Shown: positions 12,355 to 25,497, numbered from the stretch's first letter. The stretch is DNA of 64,000 nucleotides from Octopus vulgaris (GCA_951406725.2 OX597831.1:75020001-75084000), one strand, 5' to 3'. Program-made: numbers and translations. The notes: generated by a model not told the origin, from the sequence alone.

Positions 12355-12740
12355 TCTCTATATAGATAAAACTGAAGTTGTCTGTGTATGGCAGGTTTGG
12401 TAGCCTTCAACTATCTCCTCCGAGACCCTGCGGCACAAGTTGACCAAAATTGAGAGTATGATAGAAGAAGGCTTACTCTTCCTTCCGTAGAAGAAAAAAT
12501 TCAAATCAGACTATGTTAACACCAAAAATTATTTACATTAAGAAGGTGCTCTTTTTCTATGGAAATCCCTATTTTTTACGATTTTTTTACTGCTTTGTTG
12601 CCATTTTATGGTGTATTTCAACCAGAAAAATGTTCACTTAAAGAGAATAACAACCTACATAATGCAAAATTTTTACTTTTCAAAAATTCCAATTCTAAAG
12701 GGTCGGAACAAACCCGAGCAACACCAGGCGATACTGCTAG
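12355..12740 (+). mobile_element. Non-autonomous Helitron
   Basis: Inserted A|TC...CTAG|T with no TSD; subterminal hairpin-like cccgagcaacaccaggc; homologues at 26889 and 62845. Confidence 0.85.
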
Positions 12741-14296
12741 TTTTCTATAAAGTTGAAGCTTCAAGCTAATGTAAAGTAAAACCATTCTAAAATCAAAATT
12801 AAAACTTTATAGATTCAATTTCTGTTAATTATATTATCTGTTTCTTTACAAAGAACCAGTTGCCAAATTTTAATTTGTACTTTTAAATCTTCCTTTTTAC
12901 TGTATAGAAAAAAAATCTATTTTTAACTTTAAAAACTTAATCATTTTTCATTATTAAAATTAATTACTGTCTTTCATGTTTTTTGGGGGTTTTTTTGTCT
13001 TTTGGCAAAATAAGAGACAAATGTATTTATAAATGCAATATAAAAGTTTCTGTATGAAAGCAAAATTTATTATCTTTTAAACAAATTATTTTATTTTATA
13101 AAAAGAAAATTATTTTCAAAGAAGTTCTTTCTTAGATAATTTTTTCTCAAATAACAAGAATAAGAAATTAAATAATTAAATTCAAAACCATGTACACTAT
13201 GAAATATATTGGATTGTAGCATTTGAATTATTATTCTATTAATTAGTGGAATACCTTAGTTTTTTAATATTCCTTACATAGAGATTCTTGTATAAACTCA
13301 AAACTATTCATCTTTTTTTCCTCTCTCTTTCTCTAATGTATATATGTATATATATATATATATATGTGTGTGTGTATGTACATGTATGTATGTGTGTATG
13401 TACATGTATGTATGTATGTGTATATGTATGTATATATATATATGTATGTAGGTATATATATATGTGTGTATGTGTATGTATAATTGAATATCCCTTTTTC
13501 ACACAATTTATGTAACAGGGTAATCCCTTTTATATGTTATAAACTTTGTATCTCTGTAACCTTGCCAGCTAAACACCCCAATTAGGGTATTGGGGTATTT
13601 AGGATGTGTTTGTTAAATATTATTCTTGCTTTCCTACATTTCACCAGAACTTTGTCTATACACACACACACACAGATATATTCATTCATACATATATGCA
13701 GATGTATATATATATGCATACGGATGTGTATTTTTTTGTGTGAGTGTGTATGTATACACACACACACACACTTACTAAATTAGTAGAAACCTGTAATTAT
13801 AGCCCCTAGATATTTAATGTTATCAGTTTTCCATTTACTCAGCACTTCAGTTTGTTCAGTTTTTAGTTATTTTCAGTTGTCCGATCCCTGAATATTTAAT
13901 AGTGTCCCTGGTTGGAAATGAACTCTGAATGCTTCTTTCTATGTGTAGGCATTAGTATCCAGATCCACAAAACTATTGGCCTACCGAAATAATATGTTCA
14001 GAGAGAGAACACCTGGAGAATTATTGGTGGTCAAACCAAATGGAAGTGGTGTGAATCAAAATATGTTGATTAGTTGACGAGGAAAAAAAACTTTAATTAA
14101 CCTAATTACTTTTTTATAAGTTTAGAGAAATAAATGACAACTTAAATATTTGATCAATTCAGGAAATAGACATTGTTGGTAAAAGTAAAAAAATTTTTTG
14201 CAGCTTTATATAGATGATGATGATGATGATTATATATATAATGTGTGTGTGTGTATAGACATACACACACACACAGACATATATGTGTGTTTATGT

Positions 14297-14348
14297 GTTA
14301 TCAGTGTGATGAAGTCTAGCAGGCTGAAACTGCGAAGTCACTGTCAAC
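14297..14348 (+). ncRNA. Minimal type I hammerhead ribozyme motif (family 2; C3 mutated)
   Basis: cagt-GTGATGA-agtct(agc)aggct-GAAAC-tgcgaa-GTC-actg; helix I extends via gtt/aac. Confidence 0.6.
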
Positions 14349-14803
14349 CTTTTTATGTAAAAGTTTAATGAATATGTACTCTGTTAAAAAATATTGAGTA
14401 ATTCTTCAGTTTAATGTCAAACTTTTTTATTATAACATCACATAAAAGCAAACACACACACACAGATTTTATATTTATATATGATATGTTATGTCTTTTC
14501 CATTGCCAATGAACATATTAGTCAGGCCCCATCAAAGAATTTCTCTGTTTCTAAAGTGTTATGGACAAGTAATCCCAATTTAGCCCCTTCCTTGGAGACT
14601 ATTTACAGAGAAATCTCATTATTAAGGGGGAAATAAAATTAAATGTTGTGATTTTATTAGGTACTGAAACCAAGCGACAGACCCTGTTTACTAAGACTTT
14701 ACCTTGGAGAATAAGTATAAAAACACAACGTGCAAACACTTGTCACTTGTTTGAATTATAGAACTGGATTTATAGACTGTAGCTCTAAATCCTCTTGTTT
14801 TAA

Positions 14804-14834
<31 letters not shown>

Positions 14835-14939
14835 GTCAATAATAAAAGGGTAAAATTAATTAATTATTAATTATCAATTTTACCAAGTAGTGTTCAGTAT
14901 GTAAAAAGACCATTTACGGTATATTTAAAATTATATAAC

Positions 14940-14979
<40 letters not shown>

Positions 14980-15477
14980 CAATAATAATAGTTTCAATTT
15001 TTTGGTACAAGTCCAGTGATATCGGGAGATATGGGTCAAATCGATTACATTGACCTCAGTGTTCAACTAGTACTTACTTTATCGATCTCCCCACCATCAC
15101 CACAAAAAAATAGAGATAAAACAGTAAGGTTAACCTTGGCAGAATTTGAACTCAGAACTTAAAGATGAGCATAATGTCATCAAACATTTTCCAGCTTGCC
15201 ACCTTATCTAACGATAATGGTAATAATACTGACAACAACAATAATAATAGCAACAGAGTTAAAAAGTAAACTTCGCATGATGTTAGGTCTCTGTTCATTT
15301 AAAAATCTTTCTGTTTGGGTTGGTTGTCTTCATCTTTTTGTGACCATATTTCTCTTAAAACACACAGCCCTTGTTTCAATTAATTTAGTAAAACAACTAT
15401 TATTGTTATTAAGATGGTGTTTGAAACCCAAATTAACATGGAATTCTGATGGAGTGATTTAATTAAAACCACTTTAA

Positions 15478-15692
15478 CCCTTTTGTTACCGTATTTCTGC
15501 TGAGATGTTCTGTGTTTCTTTCATTTAATTTTAAATATAACAAAGAATTTAGTAAAATAACTCAGTTATCATTCAGCTAGTGTTAGGAACATAAATTGTG
15601 ACTAAGGTTTGGTGGAAGATTTTAATTCAAAACTTATGAAAACAAGACATTTGTACTCAGAGCCAGTTTCAGCCAGGTTGGTAACAAAAGGG
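15478..15692. mobile_element. piggyBac-like MITE with TTAA TSD, nested in an older relative
   Basis: TTAA|CCCTTTTGTTACC ... GGTAACAAAAGGG|TTAA: perfect 13-bp terminal inverted repeats (TIRs). Confidence 0.85.
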
Positions 15693-17397
15693 TTAAAGCA
15701 GCTGGTTTGAATCATAAAGTAAGGAGTGATTTCGAGCAGGTTGGTATTAAAAAATGTTGAACACATTTCTGTGGGATTGTAGGGGACTCTGATTTCTTGT
15801 TAGATCACCTTTATAAATGAGGGAAATATATTTTTGTTACATCCTTAGGGTTTCAGTAACTACAGGGGCTAATTAAAAGATGGCTATGTGTAAATCTTGC
15901 AAATAACATGCTCGCTTATACTGTAGGGACTAATTAAAATTTAAGTTAATTAATCATTTAGTCTCAGATAAGTCTTGTTCAGGGTTCCATTCATAACCTG
16001 CCTTTTTTCCCTCTCAGACACAATATATCTAGGCTTACATTATTCAATGTGTCCTTCCCCACCATTTTTTTTTAAAAAACAGTTTTTACAAATTTGGCTG
16101 CTATTTCTAGCAGGCTGAATAAGCTATACTTTTAAAAGAAATTAATATAAATAATTGTTATATTACCTAAATGGGATCATTTGGTTGGTAAATGGGTGGA
16201 GATTTTGCTAGGGAGGTGAGGGTTTCTTACACAGTAGGATAAAAATAAAAAAGAAAAATTTGATTACCTAACCAGTAAAAGTATGCATTATATTTTGGGT
16301 TTAAATATATATATTTCGTTTTTGGATTTGGTTTGCAAGATTCTTTATATGAGTTCATGTGTTGAAGCATATTCTGGTTGCAAGATGCAACGAAAATTTT
16401 AGGAAAATAATTATAAGAAATAAGTGGAAATTTTACCGGTGAGTGTGTTACATTATAAGGCACAAAAAGAAAATGACTCTCCCCAGACACAACAGTATAT
16501 AATTATATAATAATATATATATATATATATAAAACTAGTATTAGTTTTATGTGTTGTAAACTATACAAGTTGTTCAGCAAAAGCCTTGATACCCATGAAA
16601 TAAATTCGATTTGAAAGTGAATTTAATAGCTTTGTATGTTTCTAACCCCCGCTTTTGTTTTTTTTTTGTTTGTTTTTCACTTATATTTCTGTTGAAATAA
16701 ACAGCCTTTATTCTTATTATTTTGCTTTTTGAAACGTAAATTAACAGAAATTTTTGATGAGGGGTTTCAATTTACATCACTTTAATGACAGGAAGTTAGT
16801 ATCCTAGAAACAGCAGTGGTCTCCGGTAGGCTGGTATCATAAGGCTTAAATGGCTCTTCCAAGAGGTAGCTGCTTCAGTTTTTAATGGTCTTGAATCAAA
16901 TACAACTATGAGTTTTTGTCTTTTTTTTCTTCTTTTTTCTTTTTTGTCTTTCTGATAGACTAACTTTTGTTTTAGTGTTTGTAACTATTACCTCAAGTGG
17001 TGTGTTATTACACCACCATTTCACAGTTGCTTAGTGTTCTTCGATAGCATCTCACCTGGAACAAGCATGTAAAGTGCTGAATGTGTGTGTGTGTGTGTGT
17101 GTGATAATAGAATTTACTTAGAATGTTTTCAACTTTACTATGTGAGAAAAGGGTGGGGAACAGATATTTAAATTTGAAAATACTTTTCTGCTTTTGATTA
17201 AAAGTTTAAAAAAATTAATTTTAATAATTTCTCTTCATCCCGCTTTCTCTAATTGTGCGTGTATGTGTGAGTGATGTTTAGTAATTGTACCAGAGTGCAC
17301 ACACAATAACATGGAAAATTCTAATTTTTTTAAAGAAATAAGCAGTGTTTTCATTATTTACATTTGACGGATATTTGTCTTCGTCTTGTTTGTTGTT

Positions 17398-17443
17398 AAC
17401 ACAACGTTTCGGCTGATATTCCCTCCAGCCTTCATCAGGTATC
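17398..17443 (-). ncRNA. Minimal type I hammerhead ribozyme motif (family 1, inverted arm)
   Basis: gatac-CTGATGA-a-ggctg(gagggaatat)cagcc-GAAACGT-T-gtgtt. Confidence 0.7.
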
Positions 17444-17682
17444 TTGGGGGAAATTTCGAACCTGGGTTCTCATTCCTAAGGTATTTTTCAATATTATTAT
17501 TATTATTATTATTATTCAGGTCACTTCCTGAAATCGAACTCAGAATCTTGAGGTTAAGAGCATGGGCTACTAAACCCAAGATTCCTAGTTTGATTCCAAG
17601 CAGTGACCTGAATAATAATAATAATGATAATAACATTGAAAAATACCTTAGGAATGAGAACCTAGATTTGAAATTTCCGCAA

Positions 17683-17728
17683 GACACCTGATGAAGGCTG
17701 GAGGATATATCAGCCGAAACGTTGTGTT
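17683..17728 (+). ncRNA. Minimal type I hammerhead ribozyme motif (family 1)
   Basis: gacac-CTGATGA-a-ggctg(gaggatatat)cagcc-GAAACGT-T-gtgtt; intact core, helix III reduced to palindromic ACGT. Confidence 0.75.
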
Positions 17729-17904
17729 AACAACAAGCGAGATGAGGACAAATATCTGTCAAATGTAAATAATGTACATAATTCCTCATCTCTTAAATAT
17801 AGAACTGTATAAGCGGTATTTTCGGTTTTAAAATTTAGAGATTATTATTATTATTATTATTCATATATGCGCAACAGATTAGACTGTTGGAAAAAGAAAA
17901 ATTC

Positions 17905-18140
17905 CTAACATCAGGCTACAACAAGTAACCTTAGATGCCAAGAACCTTCCTAAGTATCCTAGCTGTCCCTAATAACAGTTTTCTGGAGCTGCACTAAACT
18001 GGGTTTTCTGCCCATTTCCTCTATTCATCTGTTCAAATCTTTAAAGATAGTTCCCAATCCACCTGTAACTACTGGGATACATTTTACCTGAATTTTCCAT
18101 AGTCCTTGTAATTCAGTGGCCAGGTCCTGGTACTTTTCTG
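17905..18140 (-). mobile_element. R4/Dong-like RLE retrotransposon 3' remnant
   Basis: Minus strand encodes EKYQDLATEL and LLGTARILRKVLG, with frameshifts. Confidence 0.6.
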
Positions 18141-18215
18141 GGTTTAAAAAAATTTTTTTTTATACCTCTCATATTGATTTTTATTATTGTTAAGGCAGCG
18201 AGCTAGTGAAACGCT

Positions 18216-18299
18216 TAGCGGCATTTTGTTCATCTTCCCGTTCTAGCGGCATTTTGTTCATCTTCACGTTCTAGCGGCATTTTGTTCATCTTCCCGTTC
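18216..18299 (+). repeat. 28-bp unit x3 within a SINE B head
   Basis: tagcggcattttgttcatcttc(c/a)cgttc repeated three times. Confidence 0.9.
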
Positions 18300-19129
18300 T
18301 GTGTTAAAATTCTGCCAAGGTTGACTTTGCCTTTCATCCTTGATAAAATAAGTATCAGCTGAACACTGGGGTCAATGTAACAGACTTACTCCTCCCCTCA
18401 AAAAACATTTGGGCTTGTGCCAAAATTTGAACCCATTCTCACTGGCAGAATCGTTAGCACAATAGGCAAAATGCTTAGCTGTATTTTGTCTGTCTTTACA
18501 TTCTGAGTTCAAATTCCGTTGAGGTTGAATTTGCCTTTCATCTTTCCATGGTTGATAAAATAAAATAGCAGCTGAACGCTGGGGTCAATTTCATCAACTG
18601 GCCCCCTCCACCAAAAGTTTCAGGTTTTGTGCCTCTAATAGAAATGATTATTATCACCCCTACTACTATTACTATAGATTTCTGATTTAGGTACAAAGCC
18701 AGCAACTTTTGAGGGCAGGCGTGCTACTCGGTACTATTGGCCCTTAATACTTGAATGATGCTTTGTTGATTTCAGTGGGGTTTTGAACTAAGAACATAAA
18801 AAACTCAGAAGAAATACAGCAAGGCATTTTTGTCTGGCATTCTAACAGTTTTTATCACCTTCCTTATTGCTATGAATAATAATAATAACAACAATAATGC
18901 TTTCTACTATAGGGACAAAATTTGGTGGCGGGGGACTAATTGATTACATCGACCCTAGTGCCTAATTGGTACTTAATTTATCGACTTCAAAAGGATGAAA
19001 GGCTAAGTCGACCCTGGCAGAATTTGAACTCAGAACATGAAGACAGACGAAATACCACTAAGCATTTCATCCAGCATGCTAACGATTCTGCCAGCTTGCT
19101 GCCTTAATAATAATAATAATGATATTGCT

Positions 19130-19262
19130 TGGAACTGCGTGAATTCTTCGCAGGATTCTTGAAGCAGGATCAGTAAACAAGTGTTACCTTAGTCTGCCGG
19201 CTGTGGACAGCTGACACTTTCCATCATACCCTGTAAAATGAGCTGTAAGTTTTCATATGATG

Positions 19263-19302
<40 letters not shown>
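19130..19302 (+). mobile_element. RLE-type non-LTR 3' end with (AAT)n tail
   Basis: GTA*ILRRILEA followed by a UTR and (AAT)n. Confidence 0.5.
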
Positions 19303-19304
<2 letters not shown>

Positions 19305-19754
19305 CTTCCTTTGTAAACCATAAAAGGTTAACAAGAGCATCAAAGATACTACAAGAAGATACAATATGGAATTAAATATAAAAAAGAGGAATAACAACAA
19401 TAGTAGTAGTAATAATTATAATAATAGTAGTAGTCCTTGTTGTGACTTGACAAACAGTGCAAACCCCCAGTAGAGACAACATCTTTTATCAACAACCTCA
19501 CGATACTGTATATTGTACGACATCTATAATAATATAATAATAATAATAATAATAATACTTGCTACTGTAAGCACAAGGCTTGAAATTTTTAGGGAAGAAG
19601 TTAGTTGATTGCAATGACCCCAGTACTCAACTGGTACTTATTTTATCAACCCTGAAAGGGTGGAAGGCAAAGTCTACCTTGGTTGAATTTCAACTTAGAA
19701 CAACAACAGTGACAGTAATAACAATAATAATTCTTTTGTTTTATATTACATACA

Positions 19755-20520
19755 TATATATATATAATAGTAATAATAATAATAATAAACAAATAAAAAC
19801 TGTATATATATATAAAATAATAATAATAAACAAATTAAAACTATATATATATATATATAAAATAGTAATAATAATAATAATAATAAACGAATAAAAACTG
19901 TATATATATATATATAAAATAGTAATAATAATAATAAACAAATTAAAACTGTATATATATATATATATATAAAATAGTAATAATAATAATAAACAAATAA
20001 AAACTGTATATATATATAAAATAATAATAATAAACAAATTAAAACTATATATATATATATATATATAAAATAGTAATAATAATAATAATAATAAACGAAT
20101 AAAAACTGTATATATATATATATATATAAAATAGTAATAATAATAATAAACAAATTAAAACTATATATATATATATATATATAAAATAGTAATAATAATA
20201 ATAAACAAATTAAAACTATATATATATATATATATATAAAATAGTAATAATAATAATAAACAAATAAAAACTGTATATATATATAAAATAATAATAATAA
20301 ACAAATTAAAACTATATATATATATATATATATAAAATAGTAATAATAATAATAATAATAAACGAATAAAAACTGTATATATATATATATATATAAAATA
20401 GTAATAATAATAATAAACAAATTAAAACTATATATATATATATATATATAAAATAGTAATAATAATAATAAACAAATAAAAACTGTATATATATATAAAT
20501 AATAATAATAAACAAATTAA

Positions 20521-20558
<38 letters not shown>

Positions 20559-21125
20559 GTAATAATAATAATAATAATAAACGAATAAAAACTATATATA
20601 TATATATATAAAATAGTAATAATAATAATAAACAAATTAAAACTGTATATATATATATATATATATAAAATAGTAATAATAATAATAAACAAATAAAAAC
20701 TGTATATATATATAAAATAATAATAATAAACAAATTAAAACTATATATATATATATATATAAAATAGTAATAATAATAATAATAATAAACGAATAAAAAC
20801 TGTATATATATATATATATAAAATAGTAATAATAATAATAAACAAATTAAAACTATATATATATATATATATATAAAATAGTAATAATAATAATAAACAA
20901 ATAAAAACTGTATATATATATAAAATAATAATAATAAACAAATTAAAACTATATATATATATATATATAAAATAGTAATAATAATAATAATAATAAACGA
21001 ATAAAAACTGTATATATATATATATATATATATAAAATAGTAATAATAATAATAAACAAATAAAAACTAATATATATCAAATAGTAGTAATAATAATAAA
21101 CAAATAAAAACTGTATATATATGTA
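19755..21125. repeat. AT-rich minisatellite with a higher-order 4-monomer period of about 208-220 bp
   Basis: Monomers aaac(a/g)a(a/t)..aaact(g/a)(TA)n aaatagt(AAT)n; diagnostic aaacgaat at 19885, 20093, 20360, 20579, 20787, 20995. Confidence 0.9.
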
Positions 21126-21379
21126 TATATATACATATACATGAATAAAAAGGAATATTAAGTGACTTGGTGTGTACAGTCAGTGTGTGTGTGTGTTATA
21201 TTTAGTAACTACCCTTAGAGTACACACAATTCCTTATAAGTGCTTATTGTTTTAATGTTTCTGCACGTAAAACCATAAAACACTCACAACTTTGCATCAT
21301 TGAAAATGAAAATTATTTTTTCTTACTAATTAACAGTATTTTTATTTGTTGTTTCAGAATTTATAGCTAATTGTAATTG

Positions 21380-23090
21380 TTTCAAATTTTGGTACAAGGC
21401 CAGCAATTTTAAGTGGAATGGGTGGTTAGCCAGTTACATTGACCCCAGTTTTCAACTGGTACTTACTTTTGTCGAACCCCCCCCCCCAAAAAAAAATGAT
21501 GAAAGGCAAAGTCAGCTCAGCAAAATTTTAATTTAATAATAATAATAATAATACTAATAATGAGTACCTGAGTGGTAGGAAGCTTGCTTCCTAACCATAT
21601 GGTTCTGGGTTCAGTCCCACCTTGGGCAAGTGTCTTTTACTATTGCTGTGGGCTAACCAAAGCCTTGTGAATGGATTTGGTAGGCGGAAATTGAAAGAAG
21701 CCCGTCGTATTTGTGTGTCTGTGTTTGTCCCCGTCACCATCGCTTAACACCTATGTTGGTGTATTTACATCCCCGTAACATAGCAGTTCAGCAAAAGAGA
21801 CCAATAGAATAAGTACTAGGCTTACAAAGAATAGGTCCTGGGGCCAATTTATTTGACTAAAGGCAGTGCTCCAGCATGGCTGGAGTCAAATGACTGAAAC
21901 GATTTCAAAATTTGGCACAAGGCCAGCAGTTTCGTAGAAGATGGTAAATTGGACACACTGACACTACTGCTCAACTGGTTCTTATTTTGTTGACCCCGAA
22001 AAAAAAACTCAAGGAGCCAGAAGAATTGTATTTTAATTAGCTGTTAGCAGTTCTGCCAGCTTGAAGCCTGACATAATGATAATAATTTTGGCATGTGGCT
22101 AGGAATTTTGATGAGAAGAGACAACCTCAGTACATGACTGGTACCCCAAAAGGATGAAAAGCAAAGTTGAGATTTGAAATTAGAATCTACAGAGCCAGAG
22201 GTAATGCCACTAGCATTTTGTCTGATCTGCTCCTGATTTTACTAGCTCGTTGTCTTAGTAATAGTAGTGGTGGTGGTAATGATAATAATAACTATTTCAA
22301 ATTTTTGCCACAAGGGCAGCCTAGTGGGCGTGGGGACAAATCAATCACATTTACTCCAGTACTCAACTGGTACTTATTTTATCCGTATTAGGACAATGCC
22401 CCCTGATGACAACTACCCCCTAAGATAATTACCACCTCTCCAATATATTAAGAAGTTTTAAATCATCATCTGTTGTCCTCAGGAATAATTATCCTTTTGT
22501 GGGGGTTATTATCCATAATGGCTAAATGTCCTAGACTCATTTTATCGACCCCAAAAGGATGAAAGGTAAAGTCGACCTCGGCAGAATTTGAACTCAGAAT
22601 GTAGTGACAGGCGAAATACCACTATGCATTTCATCTGGCATGCTAATGATTCTGCCAGCTCACAACCTTGATGATGATGATGATAATAACAATAATAATG
22701 GTTTTTAATTTTTTCTCAAGGGCAGCCATTTTGGGGGAGGAAATGTGTTGGTTACATCGACCCCAGTGTTCAACTGGTACTCAATTTATTGACCCCGAAA
22801 GGATGGAAAGCAAAGTCGACCTTGCCGGAATTTGAACTCAGAACATAGTGGCAGACGAAATACTGCTAAGCATTTCTTCCTGTGTGTTAACAATTCTGCC
22901 AGCTCACCACCTTAACAATAATAATAATAATAGTAATAATAATGGTTTCAAAATTTAGCCAAAATCCAGCAAATTTTTAGGGAGTGGGTAAGTCAACCAG
23001 ATCAACCCCAGTGCTCAACTGGTACTTATTTTATCAGCCCCGAAAGGATGAAAAAGTTGACCTCAGTGTAATTTGAACTTGGAATTTATT
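21380..23090 (-). mobile_element. Cluster of diverged SINE B copies separated by (AAT)n, with a plus-strand SINE A at about 21570-21900
   Basis: Repeated gaccccagtgctcaactggtacttatttt..aaggatgaaaggcaaagtcgacc motifs. Confidence 0.8.
22384..22538. mobile_element. Small foldback-type MITE inside a SINE B
   Basis: 8-bp TSD ATTTTATC (22376-22383, 22539-22546); taggaca/tgtccta inverted ends; internal subrepeats. Confidence 0.6.
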
Positions 23091-23105
23091 AATAATAATA
23101 ATATA

Positions 23106-23502
23106 GGCGCAGGAGTGGCTGTGTGGTAAGTAGCTTGTTTACCAACCACATGGTTCCGGGTTCAGTCCCTCTGCGTGGCACCTTGGGCAAGTGTCTTCTA
23201 CTATAGCCTCGGGCCGACCAAAGCCTTGTGAGTGGATCTGGTAGACGGAAACTGAAAGAAGCCCGTCGTATATATGTATATATATGCGTGTGTTTGTGTG
23301 TCTGTTTGTCTCCCTAGCATTGCTTGACAACCGATGCTGGTGTGTTTATGTCCCCGTTACTTAGCGGTTCGGCAAAAGAGACCGATAGAATAAGTACTGG
23401 GCTTACAAAAGAATAAGTCCCGGGGTCGAGTTGCTCGATTAAAGGCGGTGCTCCAGCATGGCCACAGTCAAAAGACTGAAACAAGTAAAAGAGTAAAGAG
23501 TA
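23106..23502 (+). mobile_element. SINE family A, full length
   Basis: A-box/B-box head, CORE-like gtggcaccttgggcaagtgtc, (TA)(TG) linker, tail gactgaaacaagtaaaagag. Confidence 0.92.
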
Positions 23503-24282
23503 ATTCTTTCTAATTTTGGCTAGCAATTTTTGAGGGTAAGGGGAACACTGATTACGTAATTCCCCACCCCAGTACATGACTGCTAGTTATTTTATCAACC
23601 CTGAAAAGATAAAAGGCAAAATTGGCTTCTGCAGAATTTGAAACCAGAACGTAAAAATAATGAAAATAGTATTGATGATGGTGATAACAATAGTCACAAG
23701 TTGGAAGATCTCCTGTGTTCGTGCCCCTCATAACGGTATTCCACTTCAGTTTACAACCCTAATTGGCTGAACCAGTATTAATATCATTCATTAGTTGTGA
23801 CAGTTGTCTTGGGTCAGACTGGAGCATCATGCATTTTCTTTATACTTTGCTTTTAATATGTATGCGCATGCTTTGACAGAAGAAAATTTCTTTTGCAGGA
23901 CTTTCTCTGTAAAATCTAAAACATTTGCGCATGTGCACACATACACACACACATATCTATTTTTCAGTACTAGCCTGGTTTAGTGGTTTAAGTGAATACA
24001 CATTAAAGCAGTTTTTACACCTGGATGCCCTTCTGTCACTAACCCTTGCCTGTGTTTCAAGTCAGGAATATATAAACACATACACACATCTATGCATTTG
24101 TTTTATGTCCATTTTTCCATGGTAGTATTGGTTAGATCAGGGATTCTCAACTGGGGTCCATATAAGATTTTGAGGGTCCACACAGCAAAATAGTAAATTG
24201 GGGATCTACAATAGTATTTTAAGAGCCCTGAAAATATTTTGCTTTAGACATAGGTAAAAGTAAAAGTTATCAGCAGATGGCT

Positions 24283-24345
24283 ATAGGACTTGAACCTGTA
24301 CCCCTCAGATACCAGCTGAGTACTCAGCCATTACACTAGAGTGGC
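24283..24345 (-). pseudogene. tRNA-like (anticodon GGT, Thr-like) pseudogene or orphan SINE head
   Basis: A box tagtgtaatgg, anticodon arm ctcag-ctggtat-ctgag, B box ggttcaagtcc; no acceptor stem pairing. Confidence 0.5.
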
Positions 24346-25182
24346 AAATGACTGAAACAAGTAAAGAGAGTAATGTTATTCTGAACAATAACATAAACCC
24401 AAATTTAATCGTTAAAAATTAATTTCTCCAAAACACCTGTCCGTGACAACCCACCCTAAAACCTAATCATCAGTCCATGACAACCCACATACCCAAGGAA
24501 GACTTTAACACAATAGAGATTATATAAAGCTAGGATTAACTTCAGCACATCACAGTCTGACAATGGCTTAACTGGCTGAAACTTCAAAGTCCCTGTCAAT
24601 AATATTCTTGTTTAAAAATAAAATATATATCACCATCGTTTTGGAATCCATTTTTCCATATTTGCATGGGTCATATGGGTGTATGTTGAGGCAGTTTCCT
24701 ACAGTTAGATTCTGTTCCTGCTGTCAACTCCCACTTGTTTCCAAGAAAAGTAATACACTCGCATACCTATTTAGAATATATTTTAAACCAATTTATCATA
24801 CCTTACAAAATTACGGTTTGTTTTTACCTGTTAACGTTTGTTTAAAGAAATGATTTGCAGAATTATTTTGTCTCTTTTCATTTGACAAGTTCTATATATG
24901 CGACAAGAAAATATGAAATCTCTGGCGCTGATAATCTAAAGTACATTGGCAAAGTATGTCGTGTCTGTTACTTCCAAAAAGAATGTTAATTAAATCTTGC
25001 CTTCGTTGGGTTTAATCTTGAAATTGAGAATTTGTAGAAATACAAAAATCTGTTAGTTTTGTCTTTGTAAATGTTTATTCTGTTTTTTATTATTATATAT
25101 TACCAAAATTTATATCCATTCTAATACTTATTCTTCATGGAAATGCTCTACGTACTAATCTATTACTATTTTTTTTTTTATC

Positions 25183-25497
25183 TTTTACTTGTTTTAGTCA
25201 TTAGATTGTGGTCATGCTGGAGCACCACCCTGAATTTTTAGTCGAATGAACAGACCCCAGTACTTATTTTTTAAGCCCGGTACTTATTCTATCGGTTTCT
25301 TTTGCCGAAGTGGCAAGCCATGTGGACACAAACACACCAACACTGGATTATCAAGCAGTGATGGGACACACACACATATACACATGATGGATTTCTTTCA
25401 TTTTCTGTCTAGTAAATCCACTTTCATGGCTTTGGTCGGCCCAAGGCTATAGTAGAAGACTCTTGCCCAAGGTTCCACACAGTGGGACTGAACCCTA
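25183..25497 (-). mobile_element. Diverged SINE family A
   Basis: Reverse complement of both halves. Confidence 0.75.

Larger units (their letters stand above)
17352..17805 (+). mobile_element. tRNA-headed, HHR-bearing element (family 1) with inverted duplication
   Basis: 17352-17556 is an inverted copy of 17571-17774; tRNA-like head 17552-17600; putative 15-bp TSD (2 mismatches) at 17338-17352 and 17809-17823. Confidence 0.8.

Noticed and set aside
19746-20420. Longest ORF (224 aa) and overlapping ORFs
   Set aside because: Translation of an AT minisatellite (Y/I/L runs)
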